DNA of 64,000 nt from Basidiobolus meristosporus CBS 931.73 (GCA_002104905.1 MCFE01000359.1:1-64000); one strand, 5' to 3'; counted from the stretch's first letter, positions 32,883 through 46,504 are shown. Program-made: numbers and translations. The notes: generated from the letters alone by a model not told the origin.

Positions 32883-35800
32883 ATGGATTCGGCACACAAC
32901 CAGGCCGATACTGTATGTAAAATTTTTCTGCCCAGCGTTCAATTTCTGCCGCTCATTTTCTTCTCTTTAGCCATCGAGATGCAATGAATTTTCTGAAGAC
33001 TGCAACGCACTTCTTGACGAGGATCTCTCGAAAAGCCGGTGCGTGGAGACCGCTTGCATTGTGGATTTCAGCTCAGAAACAAACCTGGAGAATTATTCGC
33101 AGCAGGGGGATTTTCAGCCCATCGTTTCGAAAATCCTGAATTCCCCACGCTGCGCGGAGGAGGTTCTTACAGAAAAGAACTCGCTCACCAACAGCCAGGC
33201 GAACAAGTAGGTGTGATGCGTCGTTGATGAAAGACCTTTCGCTAACCTCTGACCAAGAATCCTACTAGACACACTCACCGAGTTGATCAACACTTATTCA
33301 GACACCCTTGAGCGGAAAACTTGTAAGCACAACACCTAACCTCCGATTATTACCGAGGCCCGTGCTAACCTGGCGGTTCGTTAGACATCGTGGAGTACAT
33401 CAAAAAACCAATATCGCTCTTTGCGTTGTTGTGTGGGCTACTTTTGATAGGGTTCTACATCTATGCGACTATAGTTACTTCGCCGTACCAGTGGCGAGTC
33501 ACTGGTGTACTGATTGAAGGGATTCTGGTTCTAGCGCTGTATGTATGGAACGGATATTTATACCAACGAGAGAAATACCTCACTGCCACTGAAGTGCGTG
33601 ACCGAACCCAAGCCATATACGAGCAGATCGAGGAGATTGGAACGAATCTAGCTCAGCCGGTAGCGTATCTTTTGACCATCTGGCTTGATGCGTACAGATC
33701 ATTAACAGCCTGCTAGATGCTGCGAATTCCAGGGATACCGTCGGTGTCTACGGCGAAGGTTATTCGGGACCGTGTTCATAAAATCCTGCCCGACAACCTG
33801 CTCGTCAAGGGGGATATTGTGGAGATGAGATACGGGGACGTAGCGCCATGCAAAATGGTTTACGTATATCATGACGACGCCGGGTCGCATGAATCTGCAC
33901 TCGAGTATACTTTGGAGAGGAACCAGGTATTCAAGCCGACCCTGTTCGGGATACCTCCGCAGGTTCCAATTTCCAAAAAGAACATCCAGTATCAAGGCAG
34001 ATTTTGGTTCATTCTCCAAGCAACCCCGATATCCTACAACCTCCCACCGGCTTTTGTTCAAACCCGACCCGATACGATCATCCACAACCAGCTCAAGATC
34101 CTTAACCAACAGCTGCTAAAGCGGCTGCTCTGCGTGGTCCTGGTGGCATCGATGATAGTCAACATTGCGCGCTATGTTTTCCAGGACGTGGTCCAGGAGC
34201 ACCAGCCTGAAGACGGGTTTGAGGCAATCGTTCTTCTCCAAGTGTACGTTGTTCTCCCGTTTCTTCCTTTGTCCTTTCCCACGCTGTGGCTATTGGCCCG
34301 ATCCTACGGAAACGCCAAGATCTTGTCATTGTTTGAGGCATTACAGATATCGAAAACCGACTTTGAGGACGAAGAGGATGAGTTCGACGCCGAGGCTCCA
34401 CCTCCCACCAAGGATGTGGAGTTGAGTCGAGGTACAGTATTATGCCCTTCTGGAACGTTGTTGTCCAGCTTTTCTCACGCTTGTCAACCTAGCCGCCGTG
34501 TGGAATCGGTTTTGGTCCCTGCTGACCAAATGGGATCGTACATCCCTGGCTCGCTCGACCAACCTCCTCGAATCGCTGGGCTCGACAACGGTGATTTGCT
34601 CAATCGACAAAGAGGGCACGATTACTTCGGTACGTAGGCATGGCTTACACTGCATATAGGACGCGCCATGCTGACCGCCATCACAGCCCTACCCATCAGT
34701 GGAACAGGTCCTTTTCCCAACCGACGGCGATGAGCTGACCGCGCTGGATTTGACAGAAAACGAGTACAATGTCAATGGGATGCAGTTCGAGGACAGAGAC
34801 TGGCAGAAGTATCTCCCGTAGGTGTCACCGGCCCCGAAACCATGCTTCTATTGCTGACGTGCAGTTGTTAGGTCGCTCAAGCCACTGGGGTTGAACCTGT
34901 TGCTCAACACCGATTGTGGGGTGCGTCAAGGGCGGCGTCGTGCAGACCACCACCGGAAGTTCTCATCGATCCACAAGCATGCACGGCTGCTTCCATCGCG
35001 GCAATGTAGGTTTTCTTTACGCCGAGTCGTGCTCGATTTGAGTCTCATCCCCGCAACAGCGTGTCTTTGTCGATTAGGAAAAGAGATAGGCTTCTCCGAC
35101 GGTGCGCTGGCATCCTTCTCCAAAAAGAAGGATATTGGGACTTTCTCGCCCTACCGGCCTTCGCTGTTGCATTCGCTTAGACATCACCAGTACGAGGTCC
35201 CCAGCGTCCTGTCCACCATATACGAAGAGATGAATTCAGGTAATTCCCCCGAACCAGCGCGCCACCGCCTCCCTGGTTACTGACGGCTACTGTGTAGGCA
35301 GCTACCAGCTTCTGTGCGACGGAAACATCGAGCTCATCCTGGACTTCTGCTCGGATTACTGGAACGGCGAGCAACTCAACGTCCTTGATGATGGGGTAAT
35401 TCCGGTTCACCGATCGAGACTGTGTGTCGATGCTTACCCAACGTTTTCCTTTTTGAAAGATGGTGGACAAAATCCTTGATTTCTACGAGACGTCCGTGGT
35501 CAATGATATGCAGTGCATTGGATTCTCCTACCGTCCAATCAACATCGACAACGATGGAAAGATTCCATTCTTGAAGGGCAGAGCCGACGCGGACTTCGTC
35601 TACATGGACATTCCATGGTCTCAGGAGCAGCCCGCCCTATCCGACGACGACGAAGCCAAGCAGTGGAAGCGCCGCACCCGAAAGATATCCGTCTCGGTGG
35701 ACAATGACGACGGGTTCCACTTCAGTGGACAGGTCAGCAAGGAGGAGGAGGCGCTGTTCTTCAAAGAGGTCGTCAAGGGGCAGATCTTTCTGGGAATGGC

Positions 35801-37668
35801 CACTCTGTCACACCAACCCAAAGCGGTAAGCCACACCTCACTGCGCATGGAGCCCAGGCCCCGTTTCTCAACCGCAAGTTTTCTTTCAGGATGTCTGCAA
35901 CTCCATCGAGGATTTTGGACTGGCGGGGATTCGATTCGTGTACTTCTCTTCCTCCGCTGAGCGAGAAAGCAAAGGTTCGTGGTTCGCCGGCGGTGTAGTA
36001 TGGTGCTCCATCTGACCTTCTTTGTAGCGTTCGCCGAGAGGCTAGGACTGGAAACGGACTGGAACTCTTGTATTCTGTTGTCCTCGCCTGATGACGACGA
36101 GGGGGCTGGCTCCGGTTACCTGGAAACCCATGATATCAAGGCTCGACTCCCGCGTGGCATCGAGAACATCCGTCCCCACCTGGAAAACGTGGACGATATC
36201 CCGTTGCACGTGTCTCTTTTTGCAGAGTGCAACCCCGATGCCGTTCGGGAGATGATCAAGATTTTCCAGGAATACGGCGAAGTGGTCTGTTGTGTCGGCA
36301 GCGCACTGAACTCCAATCACACCGGGGCATTTGCCAGTGTAAGTTCCCTGTCTTCAGCTGGAATTGAACATCGGACTGACCGAACACCAACATCCGTGGT
36401 TGTAGGCTGATATCAGTGTTGCCATCGAGCCGATGCATACTCGTTTTCAATCCCGCTCGCGCTCCTCCGAATCCAGACAGGTCCAATCCCCCTTCTCCAT
36501 TGGCGCCGCCCTCACTAGCCTTCCATGTGCTTTGTTTTTACAACACGACACAAGTCTGTATGCCCTGGCTCAGGTCATCAGAGAGGCACGGCATCTGCTG
36601 AATGGGATTCGCCAGGTTGGACTCTTCTTGTCTCAAGTGCTGCTCCACGCGTGTCTAACCCTTGTCACAGGGGCTTGCCTTCGCGGCCTCCGCCCATCTA
36701 GCCATATCCCTATCGTTGCTCTTGTCTTATTGCTTCCTACAGCCACTGCTGTTCACTGGCTACCAAATCCTCTGGGTTCTGTGGATCATCTGCCCGATAC
36801 TTGCCATATCGCTGCTGTTTTCGCCCCATGAGGCGAACACCATGACGCTTATGACAGGTAAGCTTCCCCGTGGGTGGCCAACATCGCTAGCGCCAAGGCT
36901 AACCGGTTTTCTAGGGAAAAACATAGAGCACCTGAAAGATTACTGGCGATATTTCTTCTACGCCATATCCCGGTTCCTGCTGACCGTGATACTCACCGTG
37001 TTGGTGTATATTTTGTAAGTAGCGATGAAACCAAGCACCGCGGTACCACTCGAGACTGACCATTTATGCCATGCCGGATCAGGTCACTGTATTATTTCGG
37101 GAACCGCACGAAGTCCGTCTTCAACTTCACCGATCGCACTAGCTGGACTCGTCTAGGACACGCGCAGCAGTGGGAACTGCAATACGCACAGAACTGCGCG
37201 CTGTTTGTTTTCGTTTGGAACACAGGTAGGATTCACGATGCGGGACGCTCGAACCCTTGGCTGACATGAACCATTGATGTATAGTATGGATCTCGTCCAC
37301 CTTCGTGAACCGTACGTCCTCCTTGAGGAAGTTCCCGCCCTACAAAAACGTAGTCTGGTTGATCTCGGCGGTGGTTTGGTAAGGATTCGGCAGTAGGCGG
37401 TACCTTGCATGCATACTTACCTGTTGCCATTCCTGTCACGAATAGTGTGATCCTCCAGGTGGTGTTCTGCGCGTTGTCTCTCCTCCGTGGGCCCATCAAA
37501 CTCTCGGTGCTACCTTGGTTTGTGTACTTGATTGGCCTAGCGTCCCCATTGGTGGTGGTCCCGATTCAGGAGATAGTCAAGATGCACGACCGCAAGCAAT
37601 TCGTTCGTTTCCAGAAGCGATCCAAACTGGAGTTCAACACGAAATTGGGCCTCCACTCGCCGCTGTAG
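32883..37668 (+). CDS. TMEM94/KIAA0195 (ERMA)-like degenerate P-type ATPase; many introns
   Basis: Exon pieces LVKGDIVEMRYGDVAP, IDKEGTITS (34603-34629), MQCIGFSYRPI, GQIFLGMATL, ARLPRGIENIRPHLENVDDIPLHVSLF, IFQEYGEVVCCVGSALN and KLEFNTKLGLHSP, which are typical TMEM94 motifs. Start at 32883 inferred from the splice path. Confidence 0.8.
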
Positions 37669-38065
37669 AGCCTACATATATACCACACCCCTCTTGTAGT
37701 ATTCATAGATATCTCCGAACGCACCTACTCTACCTTCCTCTATTCTAATCTTAATCTCGGAGCATGGGATGGGATGGGATGCGGTGTGATGTAATGTATG
37801 GAAGAACAAATTCTCATCTCTTCCAAGAATAGGTAAATAAAAGCAGCTTGGCCATGGCGGACTCTCGTACCACCTTTCGCGATACATTTCGGGCGGGGAC
37901 AGTGATCTTGGCTGATGAAGGATGTTTTTTATTTTATCAAGTTGACATGAACTCTAGTGCTATAGGGTAATGTAGAAAAAATGCCGAGACTTCGCGAATT
38001 GATATGCGTAACTTCAGTTATGTTATGAGGATGGTTTACCCCGGGAATTGGGAGTGAGTGGGGAT

Positions 38066-39721
38066 TTACAAAAGCAACTTCAAGGGGTTCTCGAGGTAGC
38101 CCTTGAAGGACTTCAACCATTGGGCACCGACGGCACCATCAACGACACGGTGGTCGCAGGAGAGGGTGACGTTCATCACATTGCCAACGGCGAATCCGGA
38201 TTCTTTGCCAGCATCAGGGATGACCTTCTTTTGGGTGGCACCGACGGCAAGGATGCAGGATTGGGGTGGGTTAATGATGGCGGTGAAGGAGTCGATACCG
38301 AACATGCCCAAGTTGGAGATGGTGAAGGAACCACCTTGGTATTCTTGGGGCTTCAACTCGTTGTTTCTGGCCTTGGTGGCCAACTCCTTGACGGTCTTGG
38401 AGATGGAGACCAATCCTCTGGTGTCGGCGCCTTGGACAATGGGGGTGATCAAACCGGATGGAGTGGCGGTGGCGATCGAGATATCGGCGCTCTTGAATTG
38501 TCTGATGAAGTCACCATACCAGGCGCTGTTGACCTCGGGAACATCCTTGAGGGCGGCAGCAGAAGCCTTGACAACGAAGTCGTTGACGGAGAGCTTGTAT
38601 TGGTCGTTGGCTTGGCTGTTGAGGACTTCACGCAACTTGAGAACCTTGTCCATGTTAACCTCGCTAGACAAGTAGTAGTGAGGGATGGTTTGCTTAGATT
38701 CGGACAATCTGCCAGCAATGACTCTCCTCATGTTGGAAACAGGGATATCGCTGTAGTTACCGGTGGCGACAGCGGCATCGGCGGCTTGAGGAGCAGCGGC
38801 GGGAACGAATCCTTCGACGTCGGCCTTGAGGATTCTTCCGTTGGGTCCGCTGCCTTGAATTTGGGACAATTCGATGGAGCCCTCCTTGGCCAACTTCTTG
38901 GCGATGGGGCTGGCGAAGATACGGTCGGTGGAGGGAGCAGAGGCAGCAGGGGCAGAGCTGGTGGGGGCAGCGGCGGCGGGCTTCTCCTGGGCCTTGGGCT
39001 CCTCAGGCTTGGACTCGGCGGCAGCGGCGGGGGCAGAGGAATCCTCAAGAACATAGTCCTTGAACTTCTCGACATCCTCCTTGTTCTCGACCATGATGGC
39101 AATGGGGGTGTTGATGGAGACATCCTTAGCACCACTCTCGATGAAGATCTTGGCAAGATAACCCTCATCTTGGCACTCGAAGTCCATTTGAGCCTTATCA
39201 GTCTCAATCTCCACCAAAACGTCACCGGGAACGATTTCGTCCCCGATTTGCTTGCGCCAGGTACCGATGTTACCAGCAGTCATGGTAGGAGAAAGAGCGG
39301 GCATGTTGATCTTGGTGTGGGGAGGGAAAGCTAGAAAATAGTACGGGGCTCAGTATGGTCGTGCGAATACTAAGCAACCCTTGGGCATTCTTACCATCGG
39401 AGCTGTAGGCACGGGCCAAGACCGAACGAACAGAGGTAGGAACAGCAGAACGCAAAATGTGGGTGGTTTGACTACAGTGAAGGTCAGAAAGAGACAACTG
39501 TTACTACGAGTCACTTGGAGCTTGGGGGCTTGGTCGGTTGTGTACGGGAAAAGAATGGAGGAACGCTGGTCAAGAAAAACCACTTACGTCACAGTAGACA
39601 AATATCTAGCAGACTTGAGAACAGTCTTGGTAGCGTGAATAGCGGGAACAACACGAGCGACGTTCAAACCGCTTCTGGGGCAAGCTCTCAATAATACAGG
39701 GACTCTTCTAATAGCAGACAT
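38066..39721 (-). CDS. LAT1: Dihydrolipoamide acetyltransferase, pyruvate dehydrogenase E2; 3 exons
   Basis: Mitochondrial presequence MSAIRRVPVLLRA, lipoyl domain MPALSPTM..EIETDKA, E3-binding ASPIAKKLA..GSGPNGRI, and catalytic DHRVVDGA. Confidence 0.97.
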
Positions 39722-40937
39722 ATTGTGGGGAAGGTACGAAATAAAGAAATTCAGGACAATGACACCGCTAAGTTCGCAGCGAAACGTAATTTTTTTTGCG
39801 GATATTTATAAGATCGGGTGGTCAGATATGCTGGATTAATCTTTCCTACTGGATTTTAGCAAATCAGCGCCCCACTTTTGGGACCAATTTGTTCATGGAA
39901 AATACCGGGGTACAAACTACCGTCACCCAACTTAGCAATGTGGCTCAAAAGTCCCTCTGCCCAGCAATGCCTGTAGTCTAACCTCGCTCGTTTCGGGGCT
40001 CGGTTAATCCTCGCTGAAGATCAAGATGCGATGCTGATGTTGATGCTGATGGCGATAGTGATTGATCAACTGATGGTCAGAAGCAGAAGCATCACCCGCC
40101 ATGTGTGACGATTGAAGATTATCGCACTCTCCTGGCCTCAACATCCTCACTTCTACTCCTTTGGTGAATGGAACAAGCCTCCTGGTGGGCGAGGATCGGA
40201 AGAGATCAGAACCCTCATGCTTCCTTCTTTGGCCCCCAGTATGTGCACAATGTATATAACACTTTCACGTCGGAGATCATGATTTGCCACGATTGCCTCT
40301 TATGATTGGCCCAATCAAATGGCCTTGTCGCGGTAATTACCAGTGTGATGTGGCGTACCCCCTTCCTACTGGCTCCGCATGCACAAGATAATCAAGAATG
40401 AAGCGTACCACAACTGATAGCTTGCGCGGATAGCTTGCACACATACAAAGCGATCGATTGGATTTGAAGGGCCAGCCTACTGAGCAGCCTTATTACCAGA
40501 TAATCAAGGTTGCGAAACTAATGCTCCCCTAGCAGACGTAAACTGATAAGCACTTGGGGCACTCATTTCAAATCCTAATCACATTTGGATTCCCGATGAG
40601 TTTTTCTTCAAGCCATCCAGTTGCCTTATATGTGGATGGTTTCGGTGACACAACGAGACATTGGTTTACTGAGGTGTACAGCGATAGATTAGACGAGTGA
40701 ATTCGCCACACAAACGTGTTTGTGTATCACCCGCCCCTATGTGAAAACCACGGTTAAGCCCCGTCCATTGCCAGTCACCTCAGTGTGGCATAACGGCAAA
40801 TCGCAGCAAAATTAACATTTTATTAGAATCGTATTCGTAATAATGATCGCTATTACGGAGGGTGATGATTTTCGAGTTTATACACAGAAATGCCTTTTGG
40901 ATAGAGATCGGATATATATATATACAAGGCAGCACGT

Positions 40938-42531
40938 TTAACGGATGGTCATTCCTGAATAACCAAAGGATTCCGAGGGCTTCTCCTTGCGAGCGGACTT
41001 CGTCCCCTTGCCTGAGCTCTCGAAAATCTTCCAGAACTTGAGGTTCTCATCACTGGCCACACTGGCTACAGTTTGACCATCGGGGCTAAGTGCGGTGTGC
41101 AATACGCGAGTCTCGTGGGCTGGAATATCAATCACCTTGGAAAGTGAGGGATAGTTCCATATGGAGATGTGATTGTCTGGGAATCCATGCGAGGACATGA
41201 TTTCTTTGTATTCGGGGGACCAGATCAATGAAGTAACCTGGGATCCAGTATCAATGGAGTTCAATCGAGCAGCAGTCGTGGTGTTCCAGAAGTGGATGTT
41301 ACGATCGTTGGAGCCTCCTCCGGTGGCGAGCAGATTGGGCTGCCAGGGGCACCAGGCGAGCGCTTTCACCGCTGCAGTGTGATTGTTCTTGGTGAACTTC
41401 GGCACGCTTGATCGCGCATCCCAGATGTTCACCAAATTGTCGTTACCGCCGCTAGCAAGCTGTGTACCATCCGATCTCCACTTGAGACCACACACCTCGG
41501 AGGTGTGAGCAAGTAACTCGGCGACCTTGTGGTTGGCAATTCTCACATCATGATTCCAGATGCTTCCGTCGCGACAGCCCGAGGACAAAATGTGCTTGTC
41601 CCAGGAGAGTACACCAACTCTCGCAAGGTGGCCGGGCATCGACCGGATCTTGGTGCTGGATTCGATATCCCAGATTTGAGTGTCACCCTCGTCAGTTCCA
41701 ACCGCGAGGTAAGCACCGTCATTAGACCATGACAGAGAGGTGATCAAGTCTGAGGATTCAGTTTCACACAAACAGTTCACATCACCAGTGTCAGCATTCC
41801 ACAAATAAATATTCTTGTCCAGACCAATGGCTACAATATTGGCGCACGACCAGTCCAACAGATTCAGGTAGTAATCATCGACCAGCCCTGGGGCATCTAG
41901 GACTCGCTCAGGGGAGTTCAAGATCTTCCGCTTGGTTAGTTGTGTGATGGCCGTCTTCAATGGACGGTTGTATATTTTGCGCAAGTCCTCCTTGTCATTG
42001 GTCGGTGGGGCCCCTTTGAAAGCTAGGATCCGCTTATCAAGGGCAATACCGCATGCTTTGGCCACCTGCTCTTGGTATGCCAGAGCCGCGCTATCGAGCA
42101 TCTGCTCTTTGGTCATATCTTTGTGTGCGATATGGAATTGCGAGTTCGACAGGTCCATGGCCTCTCGGTTTGGAATAAACCTGTCATACTAAAGGAACGT
42201 CAGCTATTGCTCCATGCCATCAATATGAAGGGTGACTTACGTGTGCTTGGATTTTCTTGCCCTTCTTGGGGGTTGTTCCGGTAGCAAGCCAATCTTTGGC
42301 AACTACCTCGAAGGAGGATGTACGATAAAGAGACTTGGGGGTCTTTCCTCTGGGGGAACGAGACTTTGGCGAGCGTGTCTTCTTTCTGCCAGAGTTTAGA
42401 TAGTTAATGAGAGGCTGTGCCTGCTTGGGAGTCAATGGACTGAAGGGGGCGGTCTTGACGGGTGTCCCAGGCATATTACAATGTGAGGCGAGCTGAAGGA
42501 AAATGATACGTTGGCCATTGGAATGATACAC
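40938..42531 (-). CDS. CDC20: APC/C activator Cdc20/Fizzy; start uncertain
   Basis: C-box YDRFIPNR just after an intron, KILAFK-like RILAFK, LDAPGLVDDYYLNLLDWS, WD40 repeats and a C-terminal IR tail. Confidence 0.95.
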
Positions 42532-42881
42532 CGCACTTAAGTGTTTTTAGTTGCCCCTGCTACACTCCCATGTCGAATCTTCCGCCAATCATAAGCGGGC
42601 TACGGTTGCATTTGTAAACATCCCAAAACAAAAACGGTTGGCTTCACTGCATTTCGATTAAATTTATCGCGTCACGCTCGAATATAAACAACACATATAT
42701 CGCGCGATCAGCTTTCAACGGATTTTTTTCACCTATCATTGTGACTACGAGATATTCATTCCATCAGACTTCATCACCACCATTGATGGGCACAATTACT
42801 GGGGGTAGGTGATGTGATCCAGGTAAAATGGCTATTAAGACCGAGCAACAATAACTATTAACTTTCTAGCCCGCAACCACC

Positions 42882-43238
42882 ATGTCACTAGCAAAGGCTT
42901 TTACTTATTATCACAACCCAGCCTGCAGTAAATCTTGCGCTGGTCTCAAACTCCTCCAACAACGGATAAATAACTTTGATGAGCAGGTTGACTTGGTGGA
43001 GTATCTGAATTCACCTCCTTCCGCCGCAACTGTTCGGAAACTTGCCGAGGGACTTGGGCTTCAAGAGGATTATTCTTCCATCATCCGGGAAGAGGTGGCA
43101 GACAAACAAAACATTGACCATATCGTTAGCATGATTGTTGAACAGCCAAAACTCTTGCAAAGGCCTATTTTGGTAAACAATCTGACTGGTAAAGCGGCCA
43201 TCGGAAGGCCACTCGAAAATTTCGAGGGGCTTTTCTAA
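42882..43238 (+). CDS. arsC: ArsC/YfgD-family (thioredoxin-fold) arsenate reductase-like protein
   Basis: Intronless 118 aa with YHNPACSKS, EYLNSPPS, PKLLQRPIL and KAAIGRP. Confidence 0.85.
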   Translation: MSLAKAFTYYHNPACSKSCAGLKLLQQRINNFDEQVDLVEYLNSPPSAATVRKLAEGLGLQEDYSSIIREEVADKQNIDHIVSMIVEQPKLLQRPILVNNLTGKAAIGRPLENFEGLF

Positions 43239-43500
43239 GAAAACTCTCTGCTTTTATACCCTTGTAAAGTGCCTTGAATAAACCTTGCCCAGCAGCGCGG
43301 TGGTTTAACTGGTATTGGTTTACTATTTTTGCTAGCACCTACTCATTTGGTCGGTTCCCTCGCAACGTATCATACAATCAATTAGACAAACAGAGGAATA
43401 ATGTATATGCACAAAAAATCCAAAACAGGACGGGGTCGATACTGCGGTGGTACAGAAGATATCAGATAGCACTCAGGGTGGGCTGGTTTCTTTTGTCTTT

Positions 43501-45700
43501 TCAACCTGCTCTGGGGGTCTCCCTATTGTTACGTAGCTCGTTCTCAAATTCAAGATCATCCTTCGTGATCTTCGACATCCGCTTAGAGAGGAGAGCAACC
43601 CCACTGAAGATAACCAGTACTCCTAGGAAGAACATGCCGTATTGGAATGCGGAGAAGTCTTTGAACTCGTTGTAATAAATGCCTAAATTCAATAGAGATG
43701 GGGTTACTGCAAATCCAACAATCACTTCTTTGTTCATTCACTTGCCTCCGCCAATAATATCGAAAACGGACCAGATAACATAGAAGACTGGAACTTGCAA
43801 CATGGCATCGTATCTCTTCAATCCCATGTTGATCCAGTAGACCTGGGAGAATGCTGTAATGATAGTAACAATCAAAATCACCCAAGCAAGTGCACTGGTA
43901 AATTGGTTTTCCTTCTGAATAATGGACACCGATAGCAAATTAATCAGCGATTTAGCAAACAATGTGGTCATGGTGGCCATCATTGCTCCAATCGCTGCAT
44001 ATGATAAAGGCAATACATATCGGACTAATGGTGATGTTCGTGGAATCGTTCTTGGTAATGTCGGGATCCATACTATCTTCTTATATAGCCGTTTCACAAA
44101 GTCCCATTTGGTTACCGATTGTGTGGGAGTCACGGATTCTTTCGGGGCTGAATCGCAGTTACTATCAGGTTCATCAAGTGACTCCATACTGGACTCTCGT
44201 TTTTCCTTGTCGCTCTCCTTCAGAGTGTTGTGTGTGTTTTGGATTTCAACATTAGTGAGTGTCTCCGAGGATGTCAGCGTGCTGTCTCGGTTGTCTGTTG
44301 GGTTGCGGGGTACTTCCAGTGTCGCTGGAGAGTGGGTAGGGTTAACCGCCATGGGAATATCGGAGGTTTCCGGGGCCATGTTCTTCTCCATAATTTTAAT
44401 ATAAAAGAAAGCCCAGACAATGAAGCCAAATATCACGACTAGATATACGATTGTTGCAGTTTGCCTGAACAAATTCAAGAGCACGCAAAGTCGATAATCT
44501 AGAGGTAGGCAGCCAGTCAGCCATGTGAATCGTTGAGAATGAAAGTCACATCGCTACGAACCTTGAACTACTACGCCAGAGAAAACTACAACCAGAACAC
44601 ATCCACCAATGATCACCATTACACCCAAGATATCAAACTTTCCAAGCGATTCTTTGTTCATCAAGGGTGCGATTACCACATTGGTCACTAAGGAGATGGC
44701 TCCTAGAGGTGCTACTAGTGATTGTGGCGCAAATTGTAATGCGACGAAGTTGAGCAGACTGGCTGCTACATAGATAGCAAATCCAACCACCCAGACCTAT
44801 CAATTGGAATTGCTCACCTTAACAAATGGGTTCAGACGCTGTCGTTACGGTTACATACCAGGTTAGATTTTGTTAGTGAATGTGATGCTTTGCTCAGTAG
44901 CGAGTGATGCTGATTCGTATGATCCGCGCTGGTATCGTGCTGTGTAACTTCGCTGTGCTGTTCTGCGATTTTCTTCTTTTCCTGGTTCTTTCTTAAAGCA
45001 AACTTTTGTAGGTTCAGGCCTATGTTTAATGTTGTGCCGCCCAGGAGCACAAGCACTACACCAACCCATATGGAATTCTTTTCATTGACATCGTGGCATA
45101 TCCCCGACTCCGAAACTCCCCTCTGCTGAGTGAAACCAGGCTTATCAATATGGCACCAAGAGCCGGAACTACAAGAGTTCACCTCTCCGGATAACAAGGT
45201 GCATTTTTGGTTCATTGAAACTCCCCCACAGCAGGAGCCACTATTCAGGTTGTTTGGAGAATATGGCAAAGTCCAGGCACCATCACACGTCGACTGAATG
45301 GTACAGTAATTTGGGGAACATAAATTTGCTGGTGGAGTCACGTTACTGCGAAGATAGCTTTGATATGAGGCGCATTCCTCAGGAACACGGCATAATTCAC
45401 CTTGTTGAGTTGGTTAATTAGTAACGGTTAAAATGCCAACAGTAGTGAGTATTTCTTCTTTTCTTAATTACCGACTGACACGACATATTGGCATTTGTTT
45501 TGTACGCATATGTAATCTCCAATACGAGAAGATTTGAACTGTGTTGCGTCCGAAGGACTACTCAAACCAAGACTTGGTTCAACGCAATCCTTATCAACAG
45601 TACATGTGGAGGGTGGTTGAAAGGCAGCCGCAAGCCCACAGTATATGCTCAAGGCCGTAAATATACTCGTAACCTGGGAATTGAGGAAGGGTATCCGCAT
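43501..45700 (-). CDS. NIPA/DUF803 Mg2+ transporter family protein with signal peptide and Cys-rich N-terminal domain
   Basis: NIGLNLQK, ASLLNFVALQFAPQSLVAPLGAISLV, TTLFAKS, QVYWINMGLKRYDAMLQVPVFYVIWS, IYYNEF. Upstream exons encode MRIPFLNSQVTSIFTALSIYCGLAAA and many Cys. Confidence 0.88.
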
Positions 45701-46504
45701 TCTTTCTGGGCTTGTTGCCAAAAGAGTGATAACAATATACTTGGTTGCCTCTGGAGATTATTTCCAGAGAATGAGGTGTGCGCAGGAAAGTAAAGCGAGC
45801 TTTAGGGAGCAAATGTGGTCTTGGCGATAGATTAGTATCTAAATATAGCCGGCATTTAAAATGACAGTCAACAGCAGCATCAAAAACAACACCGATTTTA
45901 ATATATAATGGATTAAGCCACAAATTCATCAAATTGAGCAAACAATCACCATTCCAAATCAAGGAGGATATAATTTCTTGGCTTCATATAATCGGTAGAC
46001 GTTCCTTCAACAATGAACTATGTGTATGTTTCAAACAATGTATGCAGCGATCAAGAGCGTACACCAAGAGGGTTGAAGCCGCAGCACCCGCATCATTAAA
46101 ATATATGCATCATTGAACTGTATTGACTTCAAGACAGGATTTCAATATGCTTTATGTAACGAGGACCTTATTGGCCAATATAAAGACCGGTATTGATAGA
46201 TGCGTATATTACATTTTATTTGGGTCGTAGAATGGTACTGTACAAATATAGAGGTGAGTTAAAGCTGGAAATCGCCACAGCAATAGAATAAACAACACTG
46301 TTGATGACGGTGCTACTATATGGAAGAATGGCCGAATCCCGATCATCCAACTCCTTTGCACCCCCTAAACCTTAATATATAGCACTTGTTCATTGGGAAA
46401 AGGGTAGATTGCAGCGTGGTGATGGTGGTAATGCTAGCAGATGTGCTCGCAGCGTCAACATGTGGATATGGCCTTCAAAATAGTGAATGGTTGGATCAGG
46501 TAAC

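Noticed and set aside
38048-39334. 428-aa plus-strand ORF
   Set aside because: Exact antisense shadow of the highly codon-biased LAT1 exon; no recognisable motifs.
42882-43238. Bacterial contamination as the source of arsC
   Set aside because: It is embedded between intron-containing CDC20 and NIPA genes, with no bacterial operon context or visible compositional break.
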